Shown piece after piece: positions 17,600-20,219 of a DNA stretch of 20,219 bases. The position numbers were made by a program, and so were the translations under genes. Below the pieces are notes generated by a model, which worked only from the letters and a program-made list of their open reading frames with translations, did no database searches and had not been told where the DNA came from. This DNA comes from Clostridia bacterium. Lineage in GTDB: Bacteria > Bacillota > Clostridia > TANB77 > RGIG9151. The DNA lies in NCBI GenBank assembly GCA_016287855.1, contig JAEEXS010000016.1, positions 1-20,219 of the forward strand, given 5' to 3'. Position 1 is the first letter of the stretch, and the number at the start of each line of letters is the position of its first letter.

Positions 17600-18456
17600 G
17601 AATAGTTATAGTAACAGGGGTATCAGGTGCTGGAAAAAGCCAAGCAATAAAAGTTTTAGAAGATATGGATTTCTTTTGTGTGGACAATCTACCGCCGATG
17701 ATAGTGCCTAAATTTTTGGAAATGTGTAAAATGTCAGAAGATAAGATGGAAAACATTGCAATAGTAATGGATCTAAGAGCAGGGAAATTATTTGAAAATA
17801 CAGTATTATCTGCATTATCTAATATTGAAGATGCAGGGTATAATTATGAAATATTATTTTTAGACGCGTCAGATGATACACTTGTGAAAAGGTATAAATC
17901 AACTAGAAGGCGCCATCCTTTAGCCCCAAATGATAGATTAGAAGTAGGAATTCAAAAAGAAAAAGAAAAATTAGAAGGTATAAAGAATAGAGCTAACTAT
18001 GTAATTGATACTTCTAATTTAACTACAAAGAAGTTGAGAGAAGAATTATTAAATATTTTTGAATATGGCAAGAAATTTGAGGAGCTATTTATAGGAGTAA
18101 CATCATTTGGATTTAAAAATGGCCTGCCTAATGATGTAGATTTAGTTTTTGACGTAAGATTTTTGCCTAATCCATATCATGTAGACTCTTTAAGAGAGTT
18201 TACCGGTAAAAACGAAAAGATAAAGGAATATGTTATGAAGTTTCCAGAAACAGGTACCCTCATTACTAAAATTATGGATTATTTAGATTTTGTTATTCCA
18301 GAATATATTAAAGAAAGAAGAGCGCAACTCATAATAGGAATTGGATGTACTGGCGGGAAACATAGATCTGTAGTTATAGCAGAAGAAATTGCTAAGCGTT
18401 TAACTGAAGGTGGCCATAGAGTACAGTTAGCACATAGAGATATAAGAAAAGAATAA
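17596..18456 (+). CDS. rapZ: RNase adapter / nucleotide-binding protein RapZ (YvcJ family)
   Basis: Walker A GVSGAGKS, then FCVDNLP, then C-terminal IGCTGGKHRSV. The start overlaps the murB stop (ATGA at 17596-17599). Confidence 0.92.
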   Translation: MRIVIVTGVSGAGKSQAIKVLEDMDFFCVDNLPPMIVPKFLEMCKMSEDKMENIAIVMDLRAGKLFENTVLSALSNIEDAGYNYEILFLDASDDTLVKRYKSTRRRHPLAPNDRLEVGIQKEKEKLEGIKNRANYVIDTSNLTTKKLREELLNIFEYGKKFEELFIGVTSFGFKNGLPNDVDLVFDVRFLPNPYHVDSLREFTGKNEKIKEYVMKFPETGTLITKIMDYLDFVIPEYIKERRAQLIIGIGCTGGKHRSVVIAEEIAKRLTEGGHRVQLAHRDIRKE

Positions 18457-18495
18457 AAATATTATAAGGATAAAACTTAATATTCAGACAAATAT

Positions 18496-18577
18496 ATACA
18501 CAGTAATTAACTTGTAGAATAATGGACAAAATTAGTCTATTACAGGGCTACAAGAAATTACTGTGTATTATTTTTTT
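18496..18577 (+). terminator. Long composite hairpin plus T-run: probable terminator of the relA...rapZ transcription unit
   Basis: 13-bp stem atacacagtaatt (18496-18508) / aattactgtgtat (18556-18568). Inner 7-bp stem cttgtag (18511-18517) / ctacaag (18548-18554). T7 run at 18571-18577. Confidence 0.7.
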
Positions 18578-18607
18578 GCAAAAATCATAATAAATTTACA
18601 TAATTTG

Positions 18608-18647
18608 TTGAAAAACTATTAAGAAAATTTTTATATTGTCGATATAT
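18608..18647 (+). promoter_or_regulatory. Candidate flagellin promoter region: sigma-D-like TAAG-N14-GTCGATAT overlapped by sigma-A-like TTGAAA-N18-TATATT
   Basis: TAAG at 18620-18623 and GTCGATAT at 18638-18645, against the sigma-D consensus TAAA-N14-16-GCCGATAT. TTGAAA at 18608-18613 and TATATT at 18632-18637. This is the only CGATAT-type element between the rapZ terminator and the flagellin genes. Confidence 0.45.
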
Positions 18648-18651
18648 TATG

Positions 18652-18987
18652 TGAACGGACAGAGTACCCAAACTCAAAATCCGGGAAAACATAATAATCA
18701 AGGAAGATTTCAGTGTTCACGGAAGAATACTTATGAAAAAGATTTTAGATAAAAGAAAACCTTCTTTTATTTATAAAATCTTTATTCCGGGATTATGAGC
18801 AAAAGCGGTATCTGTTTTTTGTTTTAAATAACTGAAAGGAGGACAGATTGATGCGCATCAATAGCTGTTAAAAAACAAAAAAATAATACAAAAGAATATA
18901 ACAAATAAAATTAAATAGGCAACATTATGGTAAACATTAAATAAATCATGGATGAAAAAAATTAAAAATTTCAAGGAGGAGATTATT
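18652..18987 (+). promoter_or_regulatory. Long (about 335 nt) putative 5' leader of the flagellin gene with hairpins, short direct repeats and many GGA motifs
   Basis: Follows from the promoter call above. It has no convincing ORF. It contains a 19-bp interrupted hairpin (18738-18783), a 16-bp palindrome (18847-18862) and ten GGA triplets. Confidence 0.4.
18847..18862. repeat. Perfect 16-bp palindrome ATTGATGCGCATCAAT
   Basis: Read directly: the sequence equals its own reverse complement. It has a GC-rich centre in an otherwise AT-rich spacer. Confidence 0.97.
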
Positions 18988-19824
18988 ATGAGAATTAACA
19001 CAAACGTAATGGCATTAAATGCCCAAAACAAATTAACAGCAAATCAATCAAAGGTAGAAGGTTCAATCAAAAAATTATCATCAGGTTTAAGAATTAACAG
19101 CGCAGCTGATGATGCAGCAGGATTAGCAATCAGTGAAAAAATGAGAGCTCAGATCAGAGGATTAAAACAAGCTCAAGACAATGCACAAGATGGTATATCT
19201 TTATTACAAACAGCAGAAGGTGCATTACAACAAACAACAGATATTCTTCAAAGAATGAGAGAGCTAGTTGTAAAAGCTCAAAATACTGGTGTATTAACAG
19301 ACAGTGATAAAACATCTATTTCAAGTGAGTTAACAACACTACGTTCTGAAATCGACAGAATAGCAACTTCTACAACATTTAATGGTAAAAAATTATTAAA
19401 TGGAACAGCAGGTGAATTCAAATTCAAAATTGGTGCAAATACAGATGCTGAAGATACAATAAGCGTTACAATCGCTGACATGAGTGCAACAGGATTAAAG
19501 AGTGGTGGCGGATCTGCTTTCTCAATAGCTATTGATACAGCAGAGAATGCAAATGCTACATTAGTTGCAATCGACTATGCTATTGGTAAAGTATCTGAAC
19601 AAAGAACAAACATTGGCGTTCTTCAAAACAGAATGGAATATGCAATAAGCAACTTATCAACATCAGAAGAAAACTTAACAGCTGCAGAATCACGTATCCG
19701 TGATGTAGACATGGCAGAAGAAATGGTAAATTACACAAAGAATAGCATATTAAATCAAGCTGCTATGGCAATGTTAGCACAAGCTAATCAACAACCACAA
19801 AATATCCTTTCATTACTTCAATAA
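18988..19824 (+). CDS. fliC: Flagellin (short, about 278 aa, D0/D1 domains only)
   Basis: [16 protein letters not shown]..., [30 protein letters not shown], and the C-terminal ESRIRDVDMAEEMV.YTK..IL.QA..AMLAQANQ.PQ..LSLLQ. ATG 18988 is 8 nt after AAGGAGGAG (18974-18981). The track start at 18952 adds 12 non-flagellin codons and is rejected. Confidence 0.95.
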   Translation: MRINTNVMALNAQNKLTANQSKVEGSIKKLSSGLRINSAADDAAGLAISEKMRAQIRGLKQAQDNAQDGISLLQTAEGALQQTTDILQRMRELVVKAQNTGVLTDSDKTSISSELTTLRSEIDRIATSTTFNGKKLLNGTAGEFKFKIGANTDAEDTISVTIADMSATGLKSGGGSAFSIAIDTAENANATLVAIDYAIGKVSEQRTNIGVLQNRMEYAISNLSTSEENLTAAESRIRDVDMAEEMVNYTKNSILNQAAMAMLAQANQQPQNILSLLQ

Positions 19825-19871
19825 TATAAATTTCATGGATGAAAAATAAAAAATTCAAGGAGGAGATTATT

Positions 19872-20219
19872 ATGAGAATTAACACAAACATAATGGCATT
19901 AAATGCCCAAAACAAATTAACTGCAAACCAATCAAAGGTAGAAAGTTCAATTAGAAAATTATCATCAGGCTTAAGAATTAACAGTGCAGCAGACGATGCA
20001 GCAGGGTTAGCAATAAGTGAAAAGATGAGAGCTCAGATCAGAGGATTAAAACAAGCTCAAGACAATGCACAAGATGGTATATCTTTATTACAAACAGCAG
20101 AAGGTGCGTTACAACAAACAACAGACATTCTTCAAAGAATGAGAGAACTTGTAATTAAAGCTCAAAACACAGGCGTATTAACAGATTCTGATAGAACATC
20201 TATAACAAGTGAGTTAACA
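19872..20219 (+). CDS. fliC: Second flagellin paralogue, 3'-truncated by the window edge (not in the ORF track because no stop is reached)
   Basis: Hand translation from ATG 19872 gives [116 protein letters not shown]. That is 116 codons with six conservative differences from the first copy. The SD context AAGGAGGAGATTATT is identical. Confidence 0.93.
   Translation, partial: MRINTNIMALNAQNKLTANQSKVESSIRKLSSGLRINSAADDAAGLAISEKMRAQIRGLKQAQDNAQDGISLLQTAEGALQQTTDILQRMRELVIKAQNTGVLTDSDRTSITSELT

Noticed and set aside
18733-18798. A 21-codon ORF (MKKILDKRKPSFIYKIFIPGL) in the flagellin leader.
   Set aside because: It has only a weak SD (GGAAG, poorly spaced). Most of it is formed by the two arms of the 19-bp interrupted hairpin (18738-18783), so the open frame is better explained by RNA/DNA symmetry than by coding. 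This cannot be excluded without ribosome profiling.
18652-18830. A c-di-GMP riboswitch (GEMM-I or GEMM-II) upstream of flagellin, by analogy with Clostridioides difficile flagellar control.
   Set aside because: I could not find the conserved cores I remember: GEMM-I GGCAAA...GACGCAAAGCC, and GEMM-II CGGAAAC...GGGCAC...GUGCAACCG. Only a loose GAGCAAAAGCGG at 18797-18808 is present. This needs a covariance-model scan to settle, so it is reported only as an unclassified structured leader.
18847-18862. The palindrome ATTGATGCGCATCAAT read as a CcpA cre site or a Fur-type box.
   Set aside because: The cre consensus TGWAANCGNTNWCA does not fit, because the arms here are TTGATG / CATCAA. Fur/PerR boxes are AT-rich throughout. 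No known operator class is recognised.
18952-18987. An upstream ATG at 18952 as the flagellin start ([18 protein letters not shown]...).
   Set aside because: The extension contains the SD (AAGGAGGAG) of the canonical MRINTN start. The second paralogue has the same leader but a stop (TAA at 19847-19849) in that frame. Flagellins start at MRIN/MIIN-type N-termini.
1-20219. A mobile element, prophage, CRISPR array, toxin-antitoxin system or defence island.
   Set aside because: - There is no transposase, integrase or recombinase.
- There are no spaced direct-repeat arrays.
- No tRNA gene marks an integration site.
- There are no long terminal inverted repeats.
- Every large ORF has a housekeeping, sporulation, cell-wall or motility assignment.

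Overview
The window is an AT-rich, low-GC Firmicutes chromosome segment. The gene content points to a spore-forming, motile member of Clostridia or Tissierellia. It is almost fully coding and mostly conserved housekeeping genes.

Gene order:
- A 5'-truncated SLH/WG-repeat surface protein on the + strand.
- tmk and rmuC on the - strand.
- A + strand block of yaaR-like (DUF327), holB, ricT(yaaT), a membrane TPR protein, trxA and murG.
- ytvI-like, followed by a clean terminator.
- A compact three-gene unit: DUF1538, DUF1538 and a PII-like protein.
- A convergent ylbJ-like gene on the - strand.
- A long + strand run of relA, dtd, MBL hydrolase, SpoIID/LytB-domain protein, murB and rapZ.
- A 531-nt non-coding region, then two tandem flagellin genes. 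The second flagellin runs off the window and is absent from the ORF track.

I see no transposase, integrase, CRISPR array, tRNA/rRNA gene or recognisable defence genes. This is not an obvious accessory island.

The parts most worth a second look are:
1. The uncharacterised DUF1538/DUF1538/PII-like membrane module.
2. The long, repeat- and hairpin-rich flagellin leader. It contains a perfect 16-bp palindrome fused to a strong SD and a 6-codon MRIN... flagellin-start mimic.
3. An 11-nt motif TG(C/T)CGATATAT that recurs in three intergenic regions.

All functional calls come from my own recognition of protein motifs. Nothing was searched or folded computationally.
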